The notes beneath the pieces are model-generated. The model was not told the DNA's origin. It did not search any database and saw only the letters and a list, made by a program, of their open reading frames with translations. This document shows, piece by piece, positions 32,001 through 41,711 of a stretch of DNA of 64,000 bases; the stretch's first letter is position 1; each line of letters starts with the position of its first letter. Source of the stretch: a bacterium (lineage in GTDB: Bacteria; Fidelibacterota; Fidelibacteria; Fidelibacterales; Fidelibacteraceae); the NCBI GenBank assembly GCA_963676395.1, contig OY781066.1, positions 1,472,001-1,536,000 of the forward strand, written 5' to 3'. The translations under genes and the position numbers were made by a program.

Positions 32001-32893
32001 TCAATGGTTAAATTTTTATTTATGATTGATATATATGAATTTGGAATGTTGTTGGTTACCGTTTTTAACAGTTTTTCACTTTGGCTGATTTTATTTAAGT
32101 GCTTACGTTGTTCTGTAATATCCATGCCTGAGCTGAATAGATGCTGAACAACGCCATTTTCATCTTCAATACTTGAATTGTACCACTCAATTATCCGTGT
32201 GTCACCTTCTTTTGTTACAATCATATTTTCATAGTGTTCAACACTGCTGACTTTTCCGGCAAAGATCTTTTTGAAGACTCTTTTAACCCCTCTGCGGTTT
32301 TTCTTGGGGATACAGGTATCGAACCAATTTTTACCGATTAATTCCTCTCGCTTATAGCCGAGGATCGTTAATCCTTTCTGGTTGATTAATTTGATATTTC
32401 CATCGGCGTCAAGTGATATGAATATAGAGCCGGCCATATCTAAATAACGTTCGGCATTTTCTTTGGCATTTTGTAATTCTTTAATTATTTCTTTACTTTT
32501 TAAACCGTCTGTAGATAATATTTGAACTCCAACAATCTGATGATCATTTTTAAACAGGGGAAAATATTTAGAATTATACAATGTTTGTCTATCTGGCAAA
32601 TCAATCAGATCTTCATATTCATAAGTCTCGTTATTATTTATGGTTTTTTTTAATCGTTCTAAATAGTTTTGGCCATGTTTTTTTCCGAATAGATCAATCA
32701 TTGTTTTACCAATAAAATCTTTTGGATCACCCCCCATATTTCTGGCCGCTGTATGATTAAAAAATAAAACTCTCCCCGTGACGTCAAAAAAGGCTAACCC
32801 GATATCAAGAGAGTTCAACAAATTAAAAGAAAAATCATTTCCTTGAAGCATTTTCTTAATAGTATTATTTGATTTATTAACACTACTCATCAT
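29063..32893 (-). CDS. Cytoplasmic multi-PAS hybrid sensor histidine kinase with receiver domain
   Basis: Repeated PAS/PAC (DITE motifs), H-box FLANMSHEIRTPMNG, NAIKYT, DTGIG, GSGLGL, receiver LLVEDD...LMDI...KP. No TM helix evident. Confidence 0.93.
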   Translation of the reverse strand: MMSSVNKSNNTIKKMLQGNDFSFNLLNSLDIGLAFFDVTGRVLFFNHTAARNMGGDPKDFIGKTMIDLFGKKHGQNYLERLKKTINNNETYEYEDLIDLPDRQTLYNSKYFPLFKNDHQIVGVQILSTDGLKSKEIIKELQNAKENAERYLDMAGSIFISLDADGNIKLINQKGLTILGYKREELIGKNWFDTCIPKKNRRGVKRVFKKIFAGKVSSVEHYENMIVTKEGDTRIIEWYNSSIEDENGVVQHLFSSGMDITEQRKHLNKISQSEKLLKTVTNNIPNSYISIINKNLTIDYIGGSEFSKSGLNPDDFIGLGLKDIFSDQAEQVKKYYLKTFKGKEQHFELFINDQYQFCKTVPLKNEHNKVDRILSVVENITERKKIEEAKNISEYRYGQLINTVNSGIAIYKVLNDGKYGSDYVIQDFNRMSLEIENLKREDVIGKTLKDIRPNIDTYGLIEIFRKVWQTGKPAFYPAKIYVDNNFSNYYENRVFRLPNKEIVAIYDDVTEQKTANLKIAESEKRFDLAMKASKDGLFDWNILTNEIYYSPAWKSMLGYEYDELPNDFSIWEKLTKKEDVESSWKMFNKCVSGEIDRFEMEFKMKHKDGYWVDILSRADIIHDENGKAIRLIGTHVDISDLLKAEQQVRESDARYRIFYNNSPIPYQSLDENATIKDVNPKWLDTLGYNSEEVIGKDFADFLHPSWTKHFDKNFSKLKVQGAVNNVHYKIRCKDGHYIDISLDGKISTNPEGQFVQTHCVFQDITETKQAEESILKLSTAVEQSPSIIVITDTEGNIEYANPKFTELTGYTVDEIIKCNTNILKSGELSSEDYNDLWETINSGKEWYGEFRNKTKNNSLYWEAASISAIFDEQGEITNFIKVAENITERKESEIKLSAALEKAKESDKLKSAFLANMSHEIRTPMNGILGFSDLLNQPDLDSEKRSDYIEIIKKSGKRMLSTINDLIDISRIEADQIKITKKQINFNQHLNHFYQFFKPDAEDKGLSLEFAPTLSDTKANFVTDEEKFDAIISNFINNAIKYTNNGHIKFGYNIKNESIEFYVEDTGIGVPKNKQEKIFERFMQADHSLSKPYEGSGLGLAISKAFAEMLNGKLGLDSIEGKGSTFYLELPMDESSDTPPKVEHDITKTPKDLNILLVEDDKTSRMFMEALLEDKCKSLKTASTGDMALKLVKSIPDIDLILMDIKLPDMTGYDVTKEIRKTNKDIMIIAQTAFAMKEDQNKTLKAGCNGYITKPIIQKDLFEMINQVMKEKHEKKK

Positions 32894-33028
32894 ACTTCCT
32901 TTGATATTGCTGGGGCTTTACTTCTAGTTAATACTATTTATATGTATCATTGTTAAAATGTAGGGTGGAATAATGGCTTTTCAAAGTTTTAATATTGACA
33001 TAGATTATATAATAATTATTAAAATAAT

Positions 33029-33060
33029 AAAAATAGGGACATCATTATGACATCCCTTTT
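33029..33060 (-). terminator. Probable terminator of the ABC-2 operon
   Basis: Minus strand AGGGATGTCA...TGATGTCCCT (with G-U pairs) followed by ATTTTT. Confidence 0.5.
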
Positions 33061-33088
33061 CTCTGTCAGACCGTGTTTTATATGCTAT

Positions 33089-33298
33089 TTATGCAGGCCA
33101 ATGTTCGATTAATAACCAAATACCAAAGCCCAATGCGATAGAACCAAAAACTGCGATAAAGATCTGAGTACCTATTTCACCAAGGATCTTTATAAATCCT
33201 TGAATTTTCCCCATATTCCAGATCTTTGCCGGTTTTGTTGCGGCGAGCAGATAACATACGATCGCATAAACAATAAGAAAAATCGCTAAATAAAACAT
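33089..33298 (-). CDS. Small two-TM membrane protein
   Basis: AAAGGAG SD, two hydrophobic segments, KPAKIW loop. Confidence 0.7.
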   Translation of the reverse strand: MFYLAIFLIVYAIVCYLLAATKPAKIWNMGKIQGFIKILGEIGTQIFIAVFGSIALGFGIWLLIEHWPA

Positions 33299-33350
33299 AA
33301 TATCTCCTTTTAAGTATTAAGATTGGGTGGTGCTATACTCACTTTCAATC

Positions 33351-34397
33351 TTATGATAATCCTTTAGTAATTTGTTTTTTAAGCAGCATGAAGTAAGCTA
33401 AACAAATAACAATGACAAGTCCACCTTTCCAAATTACATCACCCCAGCTTGCGGTTTGAATAAAAACTGATTCTAGAGCGTTGTAGATCCAATAAAAAGG
33501 TGTCCAGTAAACAACCCATTGCCATTTATCGGGAAGCAAGGTTCCCCCCAGAACTGACAGCATGAGGAGCATACCAAGCATCTTGCCGATGCCGATCGCC
33601 TCATTGTCATTACTGCCTATGGCACCGATCAAGAGGCCAAAGAATAATGTGATGGCAAAGGAGGCTATGACCAGAACATAAACTTGAAGTATGTTTACGT
33701 GGATCAATCCCAGTATAAGTAGAGCAATAATGGTATAAAAAGCCATGACTAGAAGCGGTAGGATAGATCGTCCCACATAGTATTCTGTTGTTGTTAAGGG
33801 AGATACTTGTAGAGCACGGTTTGTGCCTAATTCTTTATCATTTACAATACCTAAACCGATAATAAATGCACCGATAAAGGACATAAAAAGGATAAAAATT
33901 GAGCCACCCATGGTTGCGACCGGAGATATTTCACTACGATGTGATATTTCTTCGGGAACATCAGAAACAAAGGTATTTGTTTTTGCTCTATCGGGATAAT
34001 ATTTCTCTACATAGTACTGTCTTATCACTCTTGCTCCGCTAGAGAATGCAGTGTTCTTTTTAATATTTCGCTCAAGAACTGAAACATATTGTTCATTTTC
34101 TTGATCCCAGTATAAACCTTCGGCAGAACCCGCACCGCGAAGTTTTTGTTCCATATCTTTGATGGAATCATAGGCCTTTACATTTGCAAATTTTTCTAAT
34201 TCGTCAATGACTTCTTGTTTTACTGCATGAGGACCCTCGGTAACAACCGCTATGGTTGCGGCTGTTGAATCCATGCTGGGCAGGAAGAAACGCAATATGA
34301 GTATCATGATCATAGGTACAATGATCATGTATGCACCCATGAAGTTGGACATATTGGACTTTAAGTCGAATTTAAACATTTGAGTTAGTTGTCTCAT
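33351..34397 (-). CDS. ABC-2 type exporter permease
   Basis: N-terminal TM, extracellular loop, DKELGTNRALQVSP, PFYW. Confidence 0.85.
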   Translation of the reverse strand: MRQLTQMFKFDLKSNMSNFMGAYMIIVPMIMILILRFFLPSMDSTAATIAVVTEGPHAVKQEVIDELEKFANVKAYDSIKDMEQKLRGAGSAEGLYWDQENEQYVSVLERNIKKNTAFSSGARVIRQYYVEKYYPDRAKTNTFVSDVPEEISHRSEISPVATMGGSIFILFMSFIGAFIIGLGIVNDKELGTNRALQVSPLTTTEYYVGRSILPLLVMAFYTIIALLILGLIHVNILQVYVLVIASFAITLFFGLLIGAIGSNDNEAIGIGKMLGMLLMLSVLGGTLLPDKWQWVVYWTPFYWIYNALESVFIQTASWGDVIWKGGLVIVICLAYFMLLKKQITKGLS

Positions 34398-34398
34398 T

Positions 34399-35484
34399 TT
34401 ATCCTTCCTTCCTGATTTTTAGCAAGAATACCCAACCGGCAAAGGTTGCCAGCACCACATCGATCGCTCCAAGTATCAGTGCAGAGTTCCAGATAATGTG
34501 TGTGTTGTTATCCGGGAACATGGCGGCATCCATTCCGAATAGGGTATAGTAGGTTGGAATTAATCTTAACCAACCCGGAGAAAAGGTAGGTGCAAAAAGC
34601 GAGATCGCTGGCAATGATAGTACCATCATCAACAGTACAACCCAGCCCATAGATGCCATAGGGCTTTCGTTGAAAGCACCAAGAATGGTTCCGATCGCTG
34701 ATCCGAAGATGACAGTCAATACAATGATCAATAGAGCCGGTAGATACCCTGTAAAACCGCCCATAACGGGAATATAAATGATACTGAAGGTGAATAAACT
34801 AACAGCCAATAACATTAAGTTTTTACTTAGTAAGAATCCGCCAATACCGGCCGGTGTCACTCTAAAGGCACGAATGGTTGCATCGGCTCTTTCCTGGCCT
34901 GTTTGAGAAACCATGGCGAACATGCCGATAATACCCACCATCATTAATAGTATTGCGGGGAGCAATCGACGGTTAAAGGGGATCTCGTCGCGAAGACCTT
35001 CTTGAAGTGCAGTGAGTTTTACGGCCTCATATACTTCAAAAGGATAGGTGCCAAAGGGTGGATGAAGCATAGACAGCATGTCTTCCATTTCCACTTCCAC
35101 ATATTTTATCATGGCTTGAGTGGTATAGGGTTGTACCAACATTTCAGTACGGTATATGGTGCTGTCTTCTTTGTCGCCAAATGAGATAATAACACCCATG
35201 GCATTTCTATTTTTTGTCATACCTTCAATGATTTCCTCGCGGGTTTCGACAAATGTATCGAGCTCCATTTCAATGTCAGCTTCTTCACTGAAACGATCTA
35301 TGATCTCCTGAATTAATCCGGTTTTATCTTGAATATAGACCATAGCATCAGGCTCAATATCTTTAGGAAAGACAAAAAGCAGAAGCAGCATGATCACGAC
35401 GGCAAAACCTAGCTCCAAAAGGATGAATACATCCTTAATACCAAGCAGCACATCTTTTTTTAATAAGTTAATTATCTTTTTCAT
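34399..35484 (-). CDS. ABC-2 type exporter permease
   Basis: QERADATIRAFRVTP, LRLIPTY, same topology as its neighbour. Confidence 0.85.
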   Translation of the reverse strand: MKKIINLLKKDVLLGIKDVFILLELGFAVVIMLLLLFVFPKDIEPDAMVYIQDKTGLIQEIIDRFSEEADIEMELDTFVETREEIIEGMTKNRNAMGVIISFGDKEDSTIYRTEMLVQPYTTQAMIKYVEVEMEDMLSMLHPPFGTYPFEVYEAVKLTALQEGLRDEIPFNRRLLPAILLMMVGIIGMFAMVSQTGQERADATIRAFRVTPAGIGGFLLSKNLMLLAVSLFTFSIIYIPVMGGFTGYLPALLIIVLTVIFGSAIGTILGAFNESPMASMGWVVLLMMVLSLPAISLFAPTFSPGWLRLIPTYYTLFGMDAAMFPDNNTHIIWNSALILGAIDVVLATFAGWVFLLKIRKEG

Positions 35485-35492
35485 AGGGACTC

Positions 35493-36347
35493 CTATTCAA
35501 GACCGCGGCCGGTGAGTTTGATAAAGATCTCTTCCAGAGTAGGTTCTCCGGAGTGGATCGTTTTTACGTCCTTATCGGCAATAAATTTGGTTAGCTCACC
35601 TTTGTCTTTTTCAGCCATGCTGAATGTTTTGGATGCCAGTTTTTCGCCATCCATATATTCTAAGGTTACCACAGGTTGACCATATTTAAGCTTCAGGTTT
35701 TTGGGACTGTCTAATGCTGCGATTTTTCCATCAACGATAAAAGCTACCCGATCACACAGTTCATCGGCAACGAACATGTTGTGTGTAGTCAAGAAGATTG
35801 TTGTTCCTTCTTTTTGTTTCCTTTTGATAATACCTTTGATCGAGTTTGCTGTTGTGGGATCCAAACCCATGGTCGGTTCATCAAGAAACCAGATATCGGG
35901 TTTGTTGATCATTGAACGAGCAAAGCCGATTCGCTGCATCATACCTTTAGAAAAATCACCGGCTTTTTTACGAGCTTCATTTTTCAGCCCAACCCAATCC
36001 AGTACCGTCATCGGATCTTCGGTTCCACCATCATATAGTGACGCATGAAATTTCAGGTTGTCTAGTGCGGAGAGCTTTTTATATACATTAGGTCTTTCGA
36101 ATCCGACTCCGATACGATTAAAGAATTTCTTGTTGGGGTGTCCCTTGCGCTCTTCACCATCAATAATAATATGACCTTCTTGTTTTTCCAGCAGTCCGGA
36201 AAGTATCCCTTGAGTCGTAGATTTGCCGGCACCGCTTGGACCGAGGAATCCGAATATCTCACCCTTTTCGATATTAAAGCTGATATCGTTCACGGCGTAT
36301 TCATCATTTTTCTTATACGAGTGTTTAAGATTCTTTACTTCGATCAT
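35493..36347 (-). CDS. ABC-2 exporter ATP-binding protein
   Basis: GPSGAGKST, FSKGMMQR, FLDEPT, TTHNM, PTLEEIFIKLTG. Confidence 0.92.
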   Translation of the reverse strand: MIEVKNLKHSYKKNDEYAVNDISFNIEKGEIFGFLGPSGAGKSTTQGILSGLLEKQEGHIIIDGEERKGHPNKKFFNRIGVGFERPNVYKKLSALDNLKFHASLYDGGTEDPMTVLDWVGLKNEARKKAGDFSKGMMQRIGFARSMINKPDIWFLDEPTMGLDPTTANSIKGIIKRKQKEGTTIFLTTHNMFVADELCDRVAFIVDGKIAALDSPKNLKLKYGQPVVTLEYMDGEKLASKTFSMAEKDKGELTKFIADKDVKTIHSGEPTLEEIFIKLTGRGLE

Positions 36348-36708
36348 AATGACCTTCCTTTTCATTGAGGGGCTTAATTGCCCGTAAATTTTGTTTCGGT
36401 AATATCATTTTACAGTGAAACGGGCTTTTTGCAAAGAAAAATCGGTTTTTCGGGGCTGATTTGCCTAAAATCGGAGTAAGGTATTTTTTGCTTTATTTAT
36501 GCGGACATCTTACGAAAAATAAAAATATATCGCAAAATAGTAAGGAATAAGTTTTAAAATAAAGAAAAATTATGTCGAAAAATTATTGAATATTAGTCAG
36601 AAAACACATCCTTACGTTTTAAAGACATAGATATTTAAAGAGTGTTTTTTTGAATATTTGTTAAATCTAATTATGGATCACTCGTTACAACGTTTTTCGT
36701 TTAACGAT

Positions 36709-37359
36709 TCACGGTTTAAAACTCATGCTTTTATAGCACTCATCCCAAAATCTTAATTCCATTCTACAACTTTGCATGTACATGGTCTTCATGTCATCAC
36801 GCATGTAATAGTTGCTATGTTGAGCCGCAGATTCCACTAATTGCAACATTTGACGGACTTGCTCGGTGAATTCTTCCCCGGTATAAGTGTCCAACCAAGG
36901 CTGATAAGGATTATCTTTTACAGTATTGTTATTGAGATGAACCCCAACTTCACGATACATCCAAAAGCAGGGTAGTAATGATACTAGTCCCATTGGGTAA
37001 GGTGATAAAAATGTGACATTATCTAAAAAATTACCGTAATCATGGCAAGCGGGAAGTCTTTCTTCTACAGGAGTGATCTTAAATTTTCTAAAGAAATTAT
37101 CATGTAATTCTTTTTCGATCAGGAAGCCGTCTTCGGCAAAACCGATTAAGATATTTTTAATTTCTAGAGTGGGTGCTTTATTCGCCAATTGGAAAAGTGC
37201 TTTTGTATATGATTCAATATACAAAGCATCTTGCTGTAGATAGGTTTTAAATCGCTCGACCTCCAGTGTTCCTGCTGAGAGTTCAACATTAAAAGGATGT
37301 GTGATCATGTCGCGATACAGCGATTTGCTCATTTTCCATAATCTACCGGTGAATAACAT
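36709..37359 (-). CDS. tenA: Thiaminase II / TenA family protein
   Basis: HPF...GTL, YLQQDALY, catalytic LLPCFWMY, NPYQPWLDTY, ELRFWD. Confidence 0.9.
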   Translation of the reverse strand: MLFTGRLWKMSKSLYRDMITHPFNVELSAGTLEVERFKTYLQQDALYIESYTKALFQLANKAPTLEIKNILIGFAEDGFLIEKELHDNFFRKFKITPVEERLPACHDYGNFLDNVTFLSPYPMGLVSLLPCFWMYREVGVHLNNNTVKDNPYQPWLDTYTGEEFTEQVRQMLQLVESAAQHSNYYMRDDMKTMYMQSCRMELRFWDECYKSMSFKP

Positions 37360-38171
37360 TAATCTTCCTTCCAGAGTTTATGGAAGTGATGAACGGGACC
37401 ATGACCGTGACCAATTTTATATTTTGATCCGGCAATGATGGCGGAATGAATATAGTCTTTTGCTGAGCGGACAGCATTTTCCAATTCCATGCCTTGTGCA
37501 AGAAAGGCAGCGATCGCTGAAGATGTAGTACAACCGGTTCCATGTGTGTTGGGTGAGTTTATGCGCTGTGCTTCCAGCCAGATGATCTTGCCATCTTTCA
37601 TCATTAGGCAGTCCGGACTTTCTTGATCTTCGAAATGTCCTCCTTTAACCAAAACGGCTTCGGGACCGAGTTTAAGCAGTTTTTTTGCACTTTTCTCAAG
37701 ATCTTCACGTGCTATGATATTGTCTCCGGTAAGTACCTCGGCTTCCGGTATATTGGGTGTGATCACTCTTGCCAGGGGAATGATCTCTTCTTTTAAAGCG
37801 TTAATGCTTTCATCTTGTAACAGTTTATCACCACTTTTAGCGACCATCACCGGATCTAGCACGATATTCCTGACGTCATATTCTTTGAGTTTTTCGGCAA
37901 TGGCTTTAATCACATCTGGAGTATTTAGCATGCCAATTTTAACCGCATCTACACCAATATCGCTGATAACGGCATCAATCTGTTTTGCCACGAATTCAGC
38001 GTTAACAGGATAAATACCTGTAACAGCTGTAGTGTTTTGCGCGGTTAAAGCCGTAATGGCAGACATGCCAAAACAGCCTAATGCCGAAAAAGTTTTTAGG
38101 TCGGCTTGTATACCGGCACCACCGCCACTGTCTGAGCCGGCAATGGTTAAAACGCGTTTATATGCTTTCAT
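37359..38171 (-). CDS. thiD: Hydroxymethylpyrimidine/phosphomethylpyrimidine kinase
   Basis: [36 protein letters not shown]. Confidence 0.97.
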   Translation of the reverse strand: MKAYKRVLTIAGSDSGGGAGIQADLKTFSALGCFGMSAITALTAQNTTAVTGIYPVNAEFVAKQIDAVISDIGVDAVKIGMLNTPDVIKAIAEKLKEYDVRNIVLDPVMVAKSGDKLLQDESINALKEEIIPLARVITPNIPEAEVLTGDNIIAREDLEKSAKKLLKLGPEAVLVKGGHFEDQESPDCLMMKDGKIIWLEAQRINSPNTHGTGCTTSSAIAAFLAQGMELENAVRSAKDYIHSAIIAGSKYKIGHGHGPVHHFHKLWKED

Positions 38172-39181
38172 GATGTCTCACTTTTAAAATGGTCAAAACC
38201 ATGTCGGTTCAAGGTGACCGGTTTATCGTTTAGAGTATATTCAAGTGTATTGGATTCCGTGATCTTCCCGATGGGGAAAAGATCATTTTTAAATTTTTTC
38301 CAATAGTCAGCTGATATTTTATCATAATTTTCGGCTTTGATAGTGCAAAGTAGGCAGTAGTCTTCACCACCGCTAGCAGCCAAGTTTAAAGCATTCCAGC
38401 CATAATCTCCGCAGACTGAATTCATGGCATCTGAAATAGGTAGTTTGTCAAGGTTGATCTTTGCACCCACAGAAGATCTTTCCATGATGCGTTTGATATC
38501 TGAATCAATACCATCCGAGACATCAATCATGGCACGAACACCTTCTTGCCCACCAAGAAAGCGGCCTTCGGGAAGATGCGGTCGAGGCAGGTTATGTGCT
38601 CTGAACATGGCGCGGGCCTCAGGAGTAACGGCGGGTAAGTTCTTTAGTACAAAATTCAGTCCGCAAGCCGATTCTCCAAGAGGAGCTGTCACACATATCA
38701 TATCACCGGGCTTTGCAGTTGAGCGAGTTTTTAAGTGCTTATTTTCAACTTTTCCTATAACCGCAATGTTGATGACCAAGTCATGTTGAGATTTTGTTGT
38801 ATCCCCGCCTAAAATGGGGCATTTGCTTTCTTTGGCAAGAAAGGATAGGCCCTCATAGAATTCTTTTAACCATTCTACATTTACTCTTTGGGGGATGCCT
38901 AAAGAAATATATGCTGACTGCGGGATACCGCCCATGGCGGCAATATCACTTAGGTTAACTGCTAGAGATTTTTGTCCTAATTCAAAGGCTGTAATTTTAT
39001 CAAAAAGAAAATGTGTGCCTTCAATTAGTAAATCGGTGGTCACGATCTGACTTTCGGTTTCCGAAAGTGGGGAAATGGCGCAATCGTCACCGATTCCGAC
39101 GATGTTATTACCAAGATGTTTGAAGAAGGGTGCGGCTACCTGATCAATAAAGCCAAATTCACCTATGTCGGATAATTTCAT
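38168..39181 (-). CDS. thiL: Thiamine-phosphate kinase
   Basis: [40 protein letters not shown]. Confidence 0.96.
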   Translation of the reverse strand: MKLSDIGEFGFIDQVAAPFFKHLGNNIVGIGDDCAISPLSETESQIVTTDLLIEGTHFLFDKITAFELGQKSLAVNLSDIAAMGGIPQSAYISLGIPQRVNVEWLKEFYEGLSFLAKESKCPILGGDTTKSQHDLVINIAVIGKVENKHLKTRSTAKPGDMICVTAPLGESACGLNFVLKNLPAVTPEARAMFRAHNLPRPHLPEGRFLGGQEGVRAMIDVSDGIDSDIKRIMERSSVGAKINLDKLPISDAMNSVCGDYGWNALNLAASGGEDYCLLCTIKAENYDKISADYWKKFKNDLFPIGKITESNTLEYTLNDKPVTLNRHGFDHFKSETS

Positions 39182-39813
39182 TTCCTACCTTTTTTCACTT
39201 CTTTCAGTAATTCGCGCGATGCGAGTTCGGGATCATCAGCTGAACAGATTGCCGATACAACGGCAATACCATCGGATCCTGCAGCTATGATTTCAGCTGT
39301 ATTTTTTTTATTGATACCACCAATAGCGACCAAAGGATGTCGCGATATTTTTCGGATCTCGCGGATGCCCTCAAGCCCCAACTCGTGATGAATATCCGTC
39401 TTAGTCGGGGTGGAGTAGATAGGACTGAGTCCAAGATAATCTACATTCAATTTTTCGGCATCAAGCGCATCTTGAATATTTTCTACGGATAACCCGATGA
39501 TAGCATCCGGTCCCATGAGTTTTCGTGCGGTTTTGTAAGGCATATCACTTTGACCAATGTGTAGGCCTTCGGCGCCAACGGCCAGGGCAATGTCAATTCT
39601 GTCGTTAATGATCAATGGAATTCCCAAAGGTGAACAGAAATTTTTTACGTCTTGGGCAATTTCTAAAAATTCCCGGGTAGTGCAATCTTTCTCACGCAAT
39701 TGTACGATGCTTGTACCACCTTTAATTGCGGCTTTGATCACTGCTTGCAAACTGCGACCTTTTGAGAGTTTGCGATCGGTAACGAGGTATAGGCTATAGT
39801 CAATATTTTTCAT
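39178..39813 (-). CDS. thiE: Thiamine-phosphate synthase
   Basis: LYLVTD, VQLREK, INDR, HIGQSD, TPTK, VAIGGI, AVVSAI. Confidence 0.96.
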   Translation of the reverse strand: MKNIDYSLYLVTDRKLSKGRSLQAVIKAAIKGGTSIVQLREKDCTTREFLEIAQDVKNFCSPLGIPLIINDRIDIALAVGAEGLHIGQSDMPYKTARKLMGPDAIIGLSVENIQDALDAEKLNVDYLGLSPIYSTPTKTDIHHELGLEGIREIRKISRHPLVAIGGINKKNTAEIIAAGSDGIAVVSAICSADDPELASRELLKEVKKGRK

Positions 39814-39865
39814 AATTTTTCAACCAGCGAGCAACTTGAAGATTTAAGTCATTTTTTGTATCTTC

Positions 39866-39935
39866 CTGTTAGCTGTTAGCTGTTAGCTGTTAGCTGTTAG
39901 CTGTTAGCTGTTAGCTGTTAGCTGTTAGCTGTTAG
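39866..39935. repeat. Perfect heptamer tandem array (CTGTTAG)x10
   Basis: Ten exact copies counted between the thiM stop and the thiE start. Confidence 0.97.
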
Positions 39936-39936
39936 C

Positions 39937-40725
39937 TTATTTTAAATATTTTTCCACATCTTCTTTACTCATATTATAAAAAGCATCAAGAAGATATAGT
40001 TGCAATGTGCCGGGACCTTCGGCTTTTTCTTCGGCCATTTCGGCGGCAATACCCATTACAGCCATTGCAGATGCAGCGGCTTGAAGTTTATCTTCCACGA
40101 CTGCTGCAAACGCTCCTGTGATCGCAGTTGCCGTACACCCCAAACCGGTGACCTTTGGCATCATGTCTGAGCCGCCTTCAATACTGATAACTTTATCACC
40201 ATCGGTCAAGTGATCGGTTTTCCCGGAAATGGTAACGATGCACTTGTACTTTTTGGCAAGAGATTTTGCCGCATCCATGGCAGAATCTGAACTGGCCGTA
40301 CTATCAACACCTTTGGTTTTAATGGCAGCATTTTCAAGTGCCATGATTTCAGAAGCATTTGCTCTGATAATAGTAGGATTAGCTTTTGATAGGAGCCTTA
40401 AACAACTTTCACTACGATAGGGGGTTGCCCCTGCGCCAACGGGATCAATAACAATGGGAATACCTTTTTTGTTTGCAGCTCTTATAGCAAGCTCCATTGC
40501 ATCTATCCATTTGTCACTTAATGTACCAATATTGATTACTAGAGATGATGCAATTTTGATCATATCTATAACCTCATTGCCGGCATGTGCCATTACGGGA
40601 GATGCACCAATTGCCAAAAGCGCATTGGCGGTATTATTCATGACAACATAATTGGTTATATTATGAACGAGAGGTGAGGACTCTCTTACCGTTTTTAAAT
40701 CGTTCCATACTTGCTTTGCATTCAT
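39937..40725 (-). CDS. thiM: Hydroxyethylthiazole kinase
   Basis: PLVHNITNYV, GASPVMA, INIGTL, DPVGAGAT, NASEI, TGLGC. Confidence 0.96.
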   Translation of the reverse strand: MNAKQVWNDLKTVRESSPLVHNITNYVVMNNTANALLAIGASPVMAHAGNEVIDMIKIASSLVINIGTLSDKWIDAMELAIRAANKKGIPIVIDPVGAGATPYRSESCLRLLSKANPTIIRANASEIMALENAAIKTKGVDSTASSDSAMDAAKSLAKKYKCIVTISGKTDHLTDGDKVISIEGGSDMMPKVTGLGCTATAITGAFAAVVEDKLQAAASAMAVMGIAAEMAEEKAEGPGTLQLYLLDAFYNMSKEDVEKYLK

Positions 40726-40726
40726 C

Positions 40727-41446
40727 TTATTTTCCTTTTACTGCTGAAATTGCAACGTAATCACCACGGTCATAACCTTCTACCGGTTCTTCGGCTTCCA
40801 TATCTGAATATGCCGGGTGTTTTGTTAATGTTTGAGCAAAGTTAAAGTCAGAAAAACCGGATTTTTCCAACATGTTTACTTTTTCGGGAGTGCTTCGCCA
40901 ATTTGATTCCGCTACAAATTCTATGGGATAAGCGTTGGGAGGTTTTGCACCCGCAAAATATTGGTGGTCCCAAGTTCCTGTTTCTTTTACAAGATTATAA
41001 AGTAAACCGTACGATGATTCTTTAGGTACATCCAAAACAAGAATTTTACCACCAGGTTTTAAAGCTTTATAAGCATTGTCGAAGGCTTTTTGAAGATCGT
41101 TGATATATGATGGTGTTCCATTAAAGATCACCGTGTCAAATTCTTCTTGTCCAAAATCCGTATCTTCGGCAGTACCAATCCGCACCTTCATACCACGTTG
41201 AGTTGCTATTTGTGCCATGCCTTGGGCGGGTTCAATACCTTCTTCTATAAGGATTTCGTAATCGCGTTTTAAAATAGCTTCAAATAAACCGCTGCCGCAA
41301 CCGATCGATAATGCTTTGCCGGGTGTCTCCAAGAAATGGGCCAGAAGGCGGACTTCGGATCTTAGTACATTTTCATTTTTCAGGAACCATTCATCGTAAG
41401 CGTTAGCAAATTGAGTAAATGCACCTTCTTTGACTTTTTTTCTCAT
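40727..41446 (-). CDS. Class I SAM-dependent methyltransferase, first gene of the thi operon
   Basis: YDEWF, motif I SIGCGSG, GIEPA, GTAE, FDTV, LKPGG. Its stop is 1 nt from the thiM start. Confidence 0.9.
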   Translation of the reverse strand: MRKKVKEGAFTQFANAYDEWFLKNENVLRSEVRLLAHFLETPGKALSIGCGSGLFEAILKRDYEILIEEGIEPAQGMAQIATQRGMKVRIGTAEDTDFGQEEFDTVIFNGTPSYINDLQKAFDNAYKALKPGGKILVLDVPKESSYGLLYNLVKETGTWDHQYFAGAKPPNAYPIEFVAESNWRSTPEKVNMLEKSGFSDFNFAQTLTKHPAYSDMEAEEPVEGYDRGDYVAISAVKGK

Positions 41447-41631
41447 TTTTAATCTTTCTCCATCTTTGTGTGTTGTGTTGCCTAAAATTAATTTTAGGCT
41501 ATAAATTAAGGAAAATATATTTTGTGACAAAGAATAAAGCGTATGAGGTGAAATGTATAACGTAAATTTTAGGTTAATACGAATATCGTTGTGCTGTACT
41601 TCACATATCTGTTATTGTTTTAACTTAGGTG

Positions 41632-41689
41632 AAAACCCACGATTCGTTAATCGACTTGGGAGGTTGTCGGAATTAACAGAATCGTGGGT
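41632..41689 (-). terminator. Long hairpin, probable terminator of the TonB receptor gene
   Basis: ACCCACGATTC-GTTAAT-CGAC...GTCG-ATTAAC-GAATCGTGGGT, followed by TTTT on the minus strand. Confidence 0.6.
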
Positions 41690-41711
41690 GGAAATAATGG
41701 ATTTATTGGCT

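Noticed and set aside
41447..41711. TPP riboswitch upstream of the thi operon
   Set aside because: No aptamer consensus seen. The long hairpin present is better explained as the TonB receptor terminator.
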